The translations under genes and the position numbers were made by a program. Positions 37,601 through 50,854 of a stretch of 64,000 nt of DNA are shown piece by piece. A model generated the notes under the pieces. The model was not told where the DNA came from and searched no databases. It saw only the letters and a list, made by a program, of their open reading frames with translations. Every line of letters begins with the position of its first letter. Position 1 is the first letter of the stretch. Source of the DNA: Enoplolaimus lenunculus. Taxonomy: Eukaryota. The stretch covers positions 620,001-684,000 of the forward strand of contig JASANG010002509.1 in NCBI GenBank assembly GCA_030248215.1, written 5' to 3'.

Positions 37601-40600
37601 ATTTCAAGGCTTTGTGATTTGTGCAATGAAAATTAGTAGAAGTCGCCAGTTTTTGTTTAATACAAACAGGTGCCGTAGTATATGCATATTCCTAAGCCTA
37701 AAGCTAAACAAAAAATTAGTTTAAAGTTTAAGCTACTCTGTTATAGTTCCGTGAAATATGGTTCGCCCTCAAAATGAGTCTACTGAATTGTAGACCCCGG
37801 CGGTTTTCTATCATTTTGTATATTGTTTGGAATTGCTTTATTGTGCGCTTTTGCGATGTTGCAAGCCGTGAGGCCGTGTTGCTGGAATAAATATTTAACC
37901 GCATTTGTTATAGTACGGAGCAACTTGCTTTAAAAAATGTTTTCACAATAACTGGCGTAAACCTATGTGGTCAATGTTACTTTTAATGTAGCGTATTCCT
38001 AAGCCTAAGCGTTACAAAAGGGTGTTCCTAAGCCTAAGCAAAACAATGTAATCTAGAATGTAAACTTACTCTTTTATAGACCCACCAGAAACCATTACGC
38101 CCCTTAAACTGACATGGGCTAGCTGGGTGCATGTATAGAACAGGGTCGGAACAGTAGTAGAAGCATGTTCCTAAGCCTAAGGGTATGGATGAGCCTATTC
38201 CTAAGCCTAAGCAAAAAAATTAGCCAAGCTTAAACTGACTCTATTATAGCCCCTACGGAAAACGATCCGGCCCTGTTCTATACATGGGCCAGATGCCGGA
38301 TACAACCGGAGGTGAAAAATACTGGAGCCGGATGTCAACGAAACCTGCCAGAGGTGAGGCGAAATTAGGTGGTTAAAATGACAAATTTTAGCAATTATGT
38401 ATTGTAAAGTCGTTTAGTTGCACTCTTATTTTTTAAGAAATCTCGGCAATTCTTCCCTCAAAGTTGAGCCAACGTTAAAACGAAACGCGCCAATTTCTGC
38501 AAAACTACAGAACTTCGCTGCCGGAACCTCCGGCAAAAATTCTACCGGAACTGGAGGTCGATTTTATGACGGAGATGGAAACAGAGTGGTTGTAACCTGT
38601 CAAGGATGCATTTTACTACATTAATAAAATTTCAAATTTGCATCTCTGCACAAGTTAGTTATTGCAACTGATCTAGCTTATCTCGAAACGCACTATATAT
38701 TCTCCAGAACTTGCTGGAGGCGTCCAAATTTATTTGAAAATGCAAACGTGGGACAGCCACTGTCAACAAGTCGGCGAAATTTTACACAGGGCCGGAACAA
38801 TAATATATACCTCAACGTATTCCTAAGCCTAAGGCTAAGCAAAATGTAGGCGTAAAATCTTGCTGATTCTATTACAGCCCCGCAGGAAAATGTTCCAGCC
38901 CTGTTCTACACATGAGCCTTCATTTGCAAAACTAAAATGTGACTTTTGAACTGCAAAAATAAGTTTTGACTCAGTCTAATAGGCGTACATCCGGCGGTGA
39001 AAAATACCGCAGCCGAAGATTAACAAAATTTTCTGGGGGTGACGCAAAATTTCTTGTTAAAATGATGATGGTAAATTTGCTAATTTGAACAAACGTTTAT
39101 CTTGTGTTGTCAAAAGTTTTGGTCAAACGCTTGTTTTATAAAAATTTGGAAAATTTAACTATTACAATTATACTACTTACTTGCTAAAACCCATAGACGC
39201 ACGAAGTGACAGAATAATTTTTTTAACACCATCCAAAATTTCGCCGCTGAAGATGTCGGAATTTTGCGGGCACATATTCTACTTGACAAGAGCCGATGTC
39301 TATTTTGTGCCGGAACCACAGGCACACATCCGGTCGCACTCTGATGTTCGTCTGTCGATGAAATACCACAGTACATTTTTCATTTCGTTTGATGTTTGAT
39401 GTTACTTTATAACCAGTGAATAGACCTTTTACGACAACATAAAATAAACGTCCACTGCGGCGAATCCAGAAATTGGTATCGGTAGTCGTGCGATATCAAA
39501 TACAGAAGAACGCTTAGCGTGCAAGCAACAGAACAAACGCGCATTTTAGTACTAAATATTAATGCCAAAATTTCAATTTCATCCATGTCACTCGGATTCG
39601 CCTGTGAACGCCCATTCAGTATATGTTCAATTTGAATGTTTTTATCCTTCAAAAATGAATCCGAAGTTTATCGTTTCAGCAATACTTTAAGCTGTTCTAT
39701 TGTTAAACTTTTAGTTTCAATTTTTAAAAAACGTCGAATTCAACACAGGTATAAAAAAACTGGGCTTTTTTAAGTTTAAATTAAATAGTTTTGAACTCAA
39801 GCTCAAATTTTGAAGTATGCATGGTTTTATAAAATTTTTGGACTCGAGATAATTTTTTCGTTTCTTTTTTTGTACTTTGTAAAAGAACAGGGGCGGAACA
39901 TTATTATAATTATATTCCTAAGCCCAAAGCTGTAGCCTAAGCGTAAGAATGAGCATATTCCTGGGCGTAAGCCTAAGCCAAGCAAAAAAATTAGCGTAAA
40001 CCTTAAGCTTACTCTATTGCAGTCCTACAGCAAAACGTTCCGCCACTGATCTTTGCATGGACCCTATAAGCTTTAGCTGTTTGTATTGCTAAAGCTGAAT
40101 GTTTTGTAACTTCATATTAATGTTAGCAGTAGCGGAGCGAAAAATTTATCACAGAGTCCCTCCGACATAAGTATATTAATAGTGACAAAGGGTCATGAGC
40201 GTAATGGAGTTGAAGCCGAACGCAATTTCATCGCCTTAATACAGAACGTTAGGTGTGATCCCTATAGGGAGATGGAGTGCCCTGTTTTTTCAATATACGC
40301 GCATTATACGAAGAAATATTTCAAAAGTTTGCTAGGCCCGTTTTAATTATAGGGACCTTCTGACCGGAAAAGAGACAGATTGGGAACTTCCCAACTTAGA
40401 AGCTGTAAGGCGTATGCTTTGGATTAGGTTCATGTTTAGCTTACTTAAGTATCGTTTCAGAAACGCAGCCAATCAGTTGTTTTACTTATCGGTTCCAAGA
40501 CACAATCATATAATCTTACTTGAAAATAGATCGTTTGGCACATAACTCTGTCTAAACAATCATAGCATTGTAACACATAGTACAAATGCCATGGTGTTGC

Positions 40601-40828
40601 TAAGGTGTTTATGAGGGCGTTCACAGGTGCCTGTGTATTTAGCACGAACTTAGACTTGTATAAAGAAGTGTAAAGCCTAAACACAAGACACTGAAAGCTT
40701 TTAGCATCGACTTTAGGTTGTAAGTATAGCCATCGAGGATCGATTTGTATTACTTCGGGGCCAATGTATACAACAGCGCCGGAACAGTAGTATAAGCATA
40801 TTCCTAAGACTAAACCTTAGCAAAAAAC

Positions 40829-41555
40829 GAGTTAATCTAGAGGTTACGCTTACTCACTTACAGTCCGCCGGAAAAACGTTCCGGCCCTGTTCTATACATG
40901 GGCCGACTTCGGTAAAAACAATACGGTCAACATGAGGTTTCAAGTCGCATTGTGGTTGCGTTTTATAATTGTTTTTTTTTCGTATTTGGTATGTCAATCT
41001 GGCCCAATTTGCTTAAATCAAAAATAGTTTGGCTCACTTTTGAGGTAAAACTTTAATTTTTGTTATGCTCGAAAGAATATATTTATCTAGGCATTGTTGT
41101 CGCTAAAATCTTAACGAGTTAATCTAGAGGTTACGCTTACTCACTTACAGTCCGCCGGAAAAACGTTCCGGCCCTGTTCTATACATGGGCACTTGAAAAG
41201 GCACAGAGGTTTCAAGTCGCAGGTGCAAATTTTTTTTAATCGCCCAAAAAAAAATTAAAAAAAATTAAATATAGTTAATCTAGAGGTTACGCTTACTCAC
41301 TTACAGTCCGCCGGAAAAACGTTCCGGCCCTGTTCTATACATGGGCCGACTTCGGTAAAAACAATACGGTCAACATGAGGTTTCAAGTCGCATTGTGGTT
41401 GCGTTTTATAATTGTTTTTTTTTCGTATTTGGTATGTCAATCTGGCCCAATTTGCTTAAATCAAAACTAGTTTGGCTCACTTTTGAGGTAAAACTTTAAT
41501 TTTTGTTATGCTCGAAAGAATATATATATCTAGGCATTGTTGTCGCTAAAATCTT
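40829..41555. repeat. Local near-identical tandem duplication starting inside a TTAGGC MITE (possible assembly artefact)
   Basis: The block GTTAATCTAGAGGTTACGC..CTATACATGGG occurs near 40829, 41117 and 41273. The following ~210 bp occur twice, with a garbled A-rich piece at ~41190-41270. Confidence 0.75.
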
Positions 41556-42954
41556 GGACATTGTACAACAGCTTCAACAGCATTAACGCGAAACGACCCA
41601 TTTAATGAAATTGCAGAACCGGGGGGGGAAAACAATGCTTACTTGTGTTCGCCCTCAGGTCGGTGGTTAAACCTTGATCGTGGCTGTTCCAACAGCCCAT
41701 TTAGGTAATAAAATATGTGATCCCAGCTATTATTATCCTACTAAATTCTGTTAAGATTCAGACGCGCTGGGTACAGTGAAATCTGTACAACAATCGACGC
41801 TGGCTTGTCTCAATATTGACGGGGATACGTTTCATGGGTGACGAGACGACATGTATACGCAGGGGGCATTGCAATGCACCGTCCCAGGCTTTCTTAAACA
41901 ATATATATTTATTCTTGCTATTGTTGATGACGTATCGTTCGTATCTGGTGTTTCAACCTGAGTTAGACTTCAAATGTTGCAGTTCCAGTTTATATATGCT
42001 TGTATCATGTAGACATGCATATGTTGAAAGGGCAGATACGTTTTTGTGCACTTTTGCAACGTTTAACTTTAAGGCTTACGTTTGGGCACAGGCTTACGTT
42101 TCGAAAAGGCAAACCAATCTCTAAACCTTGCCCTAGGCCTGAGCGTAAAGCCTAAGCTTGTAGGCTAAACTGTGCAATCGCCAGCGGACATATATCACAG
42201 TACGTTATAAATTGTCTCTTTTCGTTTGTATCCGTTACTGTTTGGAATATTATTCGCTTTTATGTATACAATTCGCCTAAATTTGCGCATTGCGCAAGTG
42301 TTAGCGAACTCAAAAATGTCTGTATGCAACTTTTCTAATCATACAACAATCGCGTTTACGTATTATGAAACTACTGTAAAAATGGAAACTTGCCCAAAAT
42401 ACGTATGTGAGGTATTCCAGTTAAATATATAGATAAGCGCATTTCGCGCGTAGATTCGTTCGTAAAAACAACCACGCGGCTTTAAATTCAGATTTGTCTT
42501 TCTAGCTTTTATCTAAACATATTAAACGAATCAACGTCGGAGCGGTGTTTAATCAGACATTTTCTCACGTTCACCGCCATAGCTTGCGTTCAAAGCTTAA
42601 TTGCATCGTTAAACTGTGCGCAAAACTGCGCTTTTTGGTAGTATTTGAACAGAGTTTGCATTTTATATTGCAATCTGCAAACAAAATTGCAGATTTAGTG
42701 TTTACATTTGAAACATTTGTCAGTGTCTTTAGCATTGAAATGGTCCTAAGCTGTTTAAATGCTTATACAAGTTGAGTATAAAATTTATTGAATTTTTGAG
42801 AAGAAAACTCATTTTTTTAAAATAAAAAATAACGTTTGTGAGAAAGTGTGATTGATGAATGAGGTTAAAGACACGAATTAGGAAGGATTCCGGGATTGAA
42901 CTCCCACCAGACCAGGACATGGTTGCTTACAATGAAACATTAGCCAACGACTTA

Positions 42955-43251
42955 CGTCCTATTCACACGTGCAAATTTTTGCAGCAAAATCTTGCACGTG
43001 CAACATGCATGTACAAGTTTGGTCACAAAACAGCTTTGAAGTTTTTGCTGCTGCAAATTATTCACTGGAATTTATGCTATTGAATTAAATTCGCAGCTGT
43101 GAATGCAGTTGCAAGCCACTGGAATTTCTTGCGCATGCAGCTTGATCGGTCAATCGTAATGTTTCTTTGAAAATAATTGCAGTTGCATGTATTTCGTGCA
43201 AGTTGCAGCTGCGAGTTCTTGCTTCAAAAACTTGCACGTGTGAATGCGACT
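42955..43251. mobile_element. PIF/Harbinger-like palindromic MITE; second copy at ~47217-47490
   Basis: ATTCACACGTGCAA ... TTGCACGTGTGAAT inverted ends with a TGCAA/TTGCA-rich interior. Confidence 0.65.
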
Positions 43252-46200
43252 TTAAGCATTAAATTTAGACTAAAGTTAAATAAAATTGGTTTTGATTTTC
43301 GAAACGAAAAAAAGTCGTTTTTTTCTTCAAATACAAAAACGTTTGTGACAAAACGGAAATAATTTACACCAAGAACGCCGAATTAAACGGGATCCGGGCT
43401 CGATCCGCCCACTAGACCCCTCACAAGATTAAAATTTTGTATCGAACAATAAGCACAGTTTACGAATATGAGTAAGTGTTTATAAAGCAAAAACTGTTAT
43501 CTTAAACAAATTGTGTCGCTTACACAAATCAGAATGAAACATTAATTTGATTAATTTCGTAAATAAGTCGTGAGCTGCGCAACCCGATACAAACTTTAGC
43601 CTGTAATCTATTGCGTTCGCTGATTACAATTGAACGTGGCTGAGAAATATTATTGATGCTTTTGATAAGGAATACCTACTGTGTATCCGGAGTCATACTG
43701 TCTGAGACTGTTAGGGTTACGCTATACTTTTGTTGACGTTCGGCGCCGTCTGTCACCCGTCTTGGGCGCCAATCCGTCATACGTCCGGCACCGTCTGTAA
43801 CCTGTACGGCACCGTCCGTCACTCGCGTGACGCCCGTCACCGGGCGTTGCCGTACGCAAATTACACACTTATATTCCAGGTGAGTTAATTAATTAAGCTC
43901 AGAATGAATTAATTCAATTCAGAGTTCTGACTTCTGAAAGGCCTAATTCCACAACTCACACTTCTGAGTGGATTCAACTCTATTTTGCGTTAAAATCAAC
44001 TCACTGGAATTTACCGTGTGCTCTCAGCAATAAACCGCATCCGATATTATTAATTTTTTGCTATTAAATTTACTTTGTTATTTGTTCGTGACAATATCAA
44101 ATATGTTAGCATGACCCAGTTTAACCTTTTGAATATAAACCCAACCTTTGATTAGTATAGAGCGGCATCTTGCGACTGATACATACCCTAAAGCTGTATT
44201 GCCCTTTTATCGTCACACTTTTGCTATTTTTCGTCAGTCCATGCTGTTTTGATTATTTAGTTTGGGTTGCATGAATATCACCATAGTAACCATTTTATGT
44301 AATCAGTGAATGCATAGTTGGATCCAAGGGTAGGCTACCCCGGCCATGGGTCCCAGCATGAATCAAAGCGACACTTTTAAGGTTTAGCCCTAAAATTACA
44401 ATAGGCGTCTGTAGTCGCTTCCCTTACGAGGTTTTTTTACAGTCATATCTGGCGCGACCCTTCGTTTTAAGCTCCTGAAACTGCCACTGAGAGTTCATGT
44501 TTTGGCTTTGAGCATAATGCGTTTTTCCTGGCCGACATACGTTTCGAGTGACTTTATGCCACAAGCGTACGGGTCATTGGAGGTAAACCATTTTTGACCG
44601 AAAAGTAAATTATTTGCATTTGAAAGAAAAATGACAACTTTTTCGGAAAAATTGGGTTTGCCGGACACGGCACAAGTCCTTTTTGAACATGAGATGATGG
44701 TGCCTCACACTGCCCTTGTGACCGGTACTCTTGTGGTTACGCATTGGGTTGTTTGTTTTAATGCGATTTCGCCTCGTACTATGAGTACTGTTTAACAAGT
44801 CACCTGGTCTTATGATACGTTTTGAAAGCTTTAGGGCAGTTTTGTTGAGGAAAAACTTGATGTACAAAGTATATTTTGAATTTGTTCAACTATAACCACG
44901 AACCGCAATGGCTTAGAATTTGCTATCAGACAAGAGCGTGAAAATTTTTTGTAAACAATTTTTCTGCAGAATTTGTTTGTGATAAAAGGTTAAGGTCCCT
45001 ACGGTACAATTTTTTGTTTTATAGCATTTATCAGCCCGCCTCGCCGTCAAAAATTTTTATATCCGCTTCAGATGGGGAAGAATATTTCTCGTCAAAGCAA
45101 GAAATATTTTCCTAACAAACAATTCTTCAAATACAGGTTAAAAACTTTCTGGCCATGGAGCAAACCTGTTCGTAGAAAAGAAGCAGCGCCCCATCGCCTC
45201 CCCATCACCACCCTCCTCTGGTTATGGGCTTGCCTGGTATAAGCAACGATCCGAAGGTTAAAAGCGCCCATTTTCTGGTTCCACAAGAGAACCAACTTGA
45301 ACCTGAAAGTCAACCGAGAGAAATTTCGTTTACGAAATTATACAGAAAATATGGGCAAATGTAAAATAGTTTTCGAATGTATAACATCTGTTCGACAGAA
45401 CTTTTCAACATTAACTCGAAACTCATATACAGCGTCGAACTAGTTTTACCCGTGATACCGTAGTTTGACGCGTAATTGTTGCGATTAGTAGTTTTTTACT
45501 ACAAAACTACACTGTAACGATTATGCCATTGCAGGCATTTGCGTTTTGTTGTCTATTCTATTTCAATTCAGTGCTCAGAATAGACAACATATTTCAAATT
45601 TTACCACATTGCTTAACCCTTTCTCACATGAATATTTTCAATTTCAAGTGAGATGTAATTTCAAGGTAAGATCTGATCCCCAGTCTCTCTCGGGTTGGAG
45701 GCGTTTGCGATGACTACTGAGCGATAGGATCTTGACGCTCGAGCCCGAGGGGGCTGTCACGTCGTACATTAATGTATTTAGTTGTTCATAGTGTACAAAT
45801 TGAGCGAACAGGTTAAGGATGTATAAAAAAAAATTTTTCGAAATGTACGCAATAATTTTGCACCAATTTTTCAAAAATTTATACCTAATTACTATCTTGT
45901 AAAAGTTTTCCGGTCCTATAAATAATGACTGTACCAATAAAATATTATCAGACTTAGGCTCACGTTTAGCCTAAGCCACAACCTAAGCCTAAGTCTACCA
46001 CTAAACTCTCAACAGCTTAATAGGCTTAGTTTGTGGCTTATAGCTAAACGTGAACTCAACAGCTTAGGCTTACAAAAATCATAAGCAGTAGCGTGAGGCA
46101 AACTTTTGCCTTGTATCGAATTAACATTAAGAAAAACTAAAACAAATGGCATTTCAATGGAAATTGGCGCCCTCCCATAGACTATAAAACGTTCATTGCT

Positions 46201-48208
46201 AATATAATTGATTAAAAAACCACGAAAAAGGTCTGTAATTTTTTGTTTCAACCATTCATAGACGTACCTGTACAAATTCTGGTGTAAAAATGAAACATTT
46301 CAACGCGTTGAGTTTAAAATCCGCCCATCACCACAAATCGCCTGAGTATATATATAATTATAAATTTCAATATTTGTGCAAAATTTGAGTATAGTTGTAA
46401 CGCGGTGTAATCTCGTCGTCTCAATGGAAACAAAATAACGATAACTAAAGCGTTGGTATTTATATTGGGGGGAGGCTTTTTTTCGACGATATCGACCTTG
46501 TGAAAATTATTTATTCCTTTGAATCGACCACTGATCGACGCAAAATCAAATAAATATGATCGTGCGAAAAAAAATTGCGTAAAAAGTTTCGTTACAATTC
46601 GCCGTGTAACATGATACATATGCGTTTTATACGCAAGAAATATACGCGTTTGTGGTTGCGTTCATTCGCACGCATACGCAGCGTTGAGGTTTGCACTGGA
46701 GTGGGTTGCAATTTGGCTTGGTTACGGTTCGCACTAACACCAAAAATGGCTAAGATATTGGGTTAGCAGAAGCGAATCGTTAGCGATTAAAAATAACGCG
46801 ATAGTGATAGTAGTTGGTTAGAGAGTGTTTAGACCCGTAGCTGTTTTCAAGGTACGCCACCTTCATTGAGCATCAAAGTATTGCAAATATTACACATTTT
46901 GATTTACTAACAAATTTGCTGCGCAGGTGGGTACTGCGGTGGATATTGCGATGCGTTTCGATTGCGTATTGTATGATCAAGCAGCGAATTTGGCGGGATC
47001 AATCTTATGTATTTTGACAAGTGCCAGGGACCTTGCAGTGTAACTTATTTTAGTCTGATCCAAGGTTTTTATACAACCGCTTGAGCGGTTAAGACGTCGT
47101 ATTTTCAAAATTTTATTCATGAAAGTGTACTAAAATCTGTGTATTAACACAGGCTTTCGATTTAAAGTTGTTCATAGTTTAAAGTTTCATTGGAACAAAT
47201 TATAAATAAAGCTAAACGCCATATTCACACGTGCAAGTTTTTGCTGCGCGAAATTGCAACTGCAACTTTAACACTTGCAAGTTTTATTCAAAATCCCGCT
47301 CGAAAAACTTGTAGCTGCAAATAATTCATTAAAAATCATAGCGACGAATTTCACATGTGTCAATAACCGTGCAAGTTCACTGAATTTATTGCGGCCGCTT
47401 TCTTATTAGCGAATGAAAAACGGCAAGTTCTGCGTGCAAATTGCAGCTGCAAGTTCTCACAGCAAACACTTTCCCATGTGACTGGGGCTTGGCTTTCAAA
47501 GCTTTTCGTGGCTGAAGTAAAGTAATCAAAATCAAAAACAAATTATGCAATTAGCTGTTTTTTCCGAAATTAGAAATTCATTTCGGGATATCCAAATAAT
47601 AACCAAAGTTTAATTTTCGATTTCGGATATCTGGTACCTGGCCTAATTATATAACCAAAACAGGAATAATTGCAGAAATATCAGGATATACGAACCCGAA
47701 AAATGTTACTATTAGGGTCGTCCCGGTTTCTGGTGGGTCGTAAATGAGTAGGCTTACATTCTAGACTACATTGTTTTGCTTAGGCTTAGGCTTAGACTTA
47801 GGAATGCGCTGGATCTACTGTTACGGCCCGAAACAAAACATTGGCCAGGTTCCTGATCGAAACTACGGTGACTTTAAAACTTAAACATTTAACTTTTAAC
47901 GAATTTTTTGAAATTTTAAACTTTTTAACTATACATAATTGCGTAGTTAGAAAATTTGTGAGAATTTTTACTACTTCGCATTGTAGCCAAACAAAACTGT
48001 GACGGGAATGGCCGTTTGTTTCAAGGTCAAATTCAAAATATCTTGTACGATGAAGGGCTGTCTCATGCTCATTTGAACTGTTTTTTATTTAAATGTATTT
48101 TTTCGTTCGTCGTTTTAATAGCAAACAAGGAAAAGTTGACAAAAAATGAATTCGTTTGAGCAAACTTCAGACGGGTAATCTCACAGGTGAAATGAGTTTT
48201 AATTTTAA

Positions 48209-48472
48209 CCCTTTCTCCAACGAATATTTTCAATTTCGTATGAGGCGTAATGTCAAGGTGGCATACGATTTTCAGTCTCGAGGGTAGGAGGCGTTTACGA
48301 AGACCACTGTGCTACAGGAGCTTGACGCTCCAGCCCGAGGCGGCTCCCTCGTCTTGTAGCAATTGTGCAATGCGCATATATGTTAGAAATGTTAAACACT
48401 GCAGACAGTGTCTGTGTTGCTCGTATATTACTTGTATTTAGTTGCTCATAGTATATTCTATGAGTTAAAGGG
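48209..48472. mobile_element. piggyBac-like MITE; copies also at 45617-45812 and 59063-59317
   Basis: TTAA|CCCTTT ... AAAGGG|TTAA. Three copies share the interior GAATATTTTCAATTTC..CAGTCTC..GGAGGCGT..CTTGAC. Confidence 0.85.
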
Positions 48473-48478
48473 TTAATA

Positions 48479-48918
48479 CTGTATTGACCCGGATAAGAGG
48501 GGTAATAAGAGGGGGTCCCCATTTTGAGTCCAAATCAATAGGTGTCCGTATCCTTATAAATAGTCCGTAAGCGGATAGCGTCCCTAAACCCTAGTAAGAG
48601 TCCATAAATGTCAATTAGCCCTTAATTTTAGCGCATAAATGACTCCAGGACCAAATAATTTGAGTTTGAAACTTTAATGCGTATAAATTTTGAAAGTACA
48701 TTCATAATTATTACCTTGTATTATCGCTCAAGCTAGTGACACACGAGAAATAAATGTTTAATTCAACGGATAATTGCAGTACCGGATATATATCAGTAAC
48801 GAAGGCCAGTGGAGCGTGGGTTAAAAATAAATAACAGTCCGTAACCGAATAACAAGGGGGGTACCCTATGGAGAGGCCAAATAAATATCAGTCCCCCCTT
48901 TTATTCGGGTCAATACAG
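48479..48918. mobile_element. Tc1/mariner (pogo-like) MITE
   Basis: TA|CTGTATTGACCCGGATAAGAGGGG ... CCCCTTTTATTCGGGTCAATACAG|TA. Confidence 0.75.
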
Positions 48919-49227
48919 TATTGAGTATCATCAATAGCCAAATACCCAATAAAAGCCTTTGAAACATTTTGTTACACCGGTCGCCACCCGGTGTCTACTT
49001 ACTGCTAAGAACGCTCGTGGCTGGTAAGCAAGCAATGTTCAGGTGTTCGAACTGATTTACGAACGAGCAAAGAAAATTTTAGCTAAAAAGCCGTCATAGA
49101 CTCATCGAGTCCTTTTGGATTGAGCCCCAATCATGTCAATCTATCAGTACTGAGTTTCAGCATCGCAACACTGCGGCTGTAAAATACTTGATTTGAACAT
49201 TTTGGTTTACCATCTGGTGTTTGGTAC

Positions 49228-49857
49228 AGCCCATGTTACTTTTAGCGGCGTCCAAGTTTCTGGTGGGTGTGTAAAAGAGTATGTTTAGATTGTATATTGC
49301 ATTTTTTGCATATGCTTAGGCTTAGGCTTAGGTTTAGGAACACATTTTTTGCAATGATTAGGCTTAGGCTTAGGAATACGCTTAATCTACTGTTACGCCC
49401 CTAAAAGTAACATTAGGCTTCGGCTTAGGAATACGCTTAATCTACTGTTACGCCCCTAAAAGTAACATTAGGCTTCGGCTTAGGAATACGCTTAATCTAC
49501 TGTTACGCCCCTAAAAGTAACATTAGGCTTAGGCTTTAGGCATACGCTTAATCTACTGTTACGCCCCTAAAAAGTAACATTAGGCTTAGGCTTAGGAATA
49601 CGCTTAATCTACTGTTACGCCCCTTAAAGCAACATTAGGCTTAGGCTTAGGAATACGCTTTATCTACTGTTACGCCCCTAAAAAGTAACATTAGGCTTAG
49701 GCTTTAGGAATACGCTTAACCTACTGTTACGCCCCTAAAAAGTAACATTAGGCTTACGAATACGCTTAATCTACTGTTACGCCCCTAAAGGTAACATTAG
49801 GCTTAGGCTTAAGAATACGCTTAATCTACTGTAGCGCCCTTAAAAGTACCATTGGCC
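49228..49857. repeat. TTAGGC MITE whose right end is amplified into a ~55-bp minisatellite (9 units)
   Basis: Unit TTAGGCTTAGGAATACGCTTAATCTACTGTTACGCCCCTAAAAGTAACA repeats from ~49358 to ~49853 and ends in the normal terminus CATTGGCC. An unamplified relative is at 54094-54325 in the opposite orientation. Confidence 0.9.
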
Positions 49858-50689
49858 GAGATTATACTATGGAAATGGCGACAGCAACAAGCTTGCCACG
49901 TTTTTGCTTCGTTGAAAAAAGAATTTAATGAATTCGATTAGCTCAAACAACGACTTCTGAGAATATTATTTACTGCAAAAATGATTATCGTTCTTTTTGT
50001 ACTTTCATAACTTCATACTTTAAATACGAGCAACTTTTTCGCATTGTTACAGGTTCGCTTTCGAAACACAAAAGCGAATCACGTTTTCTTTCATTGTTCG
50101 AAATTGCAGTTACTTACAATACTAACGATTAGTTCTATAGCGGATTTATTGTGTTACTATCTGTATACACATCTTGGCCAATGTAAAGAACAAGGGCGGC
50201 ACAGTATTATAAGCGTATTCTTAAGCCTAAGTCTAAGCGTAAGAATGATTATTTTTCGAAGCCTCAGCATAAGCCTAAGCCAAGCAAAAATATTAGTCTA
50301 ATGCTTAATCTTTACTCGATTGCAGTTCCACACAAAAACGTTCTGTCCCTGATTTTTACATGGGTTCACGTCTTAGTATAACATTTAGAGCGCCATGCCA
50401 TCCAACTGCTAAATTAAGACTGTCATAAGCAGTTCAAGGAGCGGATTTTATACTAAAATATAGTAATTTTTCACTGCCATTTTACTTTACATATTGCATG
50501 CTATCTGACAACTTAGCCTCGTCATGCTGTCGATGTTAAAAGCCAGCGGAGAGGCTGATTTGATTTGCATAATTGCAGGCCGTCTGCTTAACCATTGTCC
50601 GATCCTGATTTTTGAACTGCTTCAGTTAAAATTTCCATGTTTGAAGCAACTTATGCTTGCAGAAATAGGTTGACATTATAGCTGTATAT

Positions 50690-50854
50690 CGGGCCCGTAG
50701 CCAAGGGGTGGGCAGGTAGGCTTAGCCTCCCTGACAAAATTTTGGCCCCCCCTACAGAATTTTCAACCTTACTTGTGACCAATTGAAAACTATTGAATGC
50801 CCCTATTGGAAAATTTTCAGCACCCCCTAGCAAGGTGAGCTGGCTATGGGCCTG
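50690..50854. mobile_element. Short hAT-like MITE; relatives at ~56886-57051 and ~57582-57742
   Basis: GGGCCCGTAGCCA ... TGGCTATGGGCCTG inverted ends, with AGCTGTAT on both flanks. Relatives share the TTTTCAACCT interior. Confidence 0.65.

Noticed and set aside
49358..49857. CRISPR-like array
   Set aside because: The units are contiguous near-identical repeats with no unique spacers, the context is eukaryotic, and there are no cas genes.
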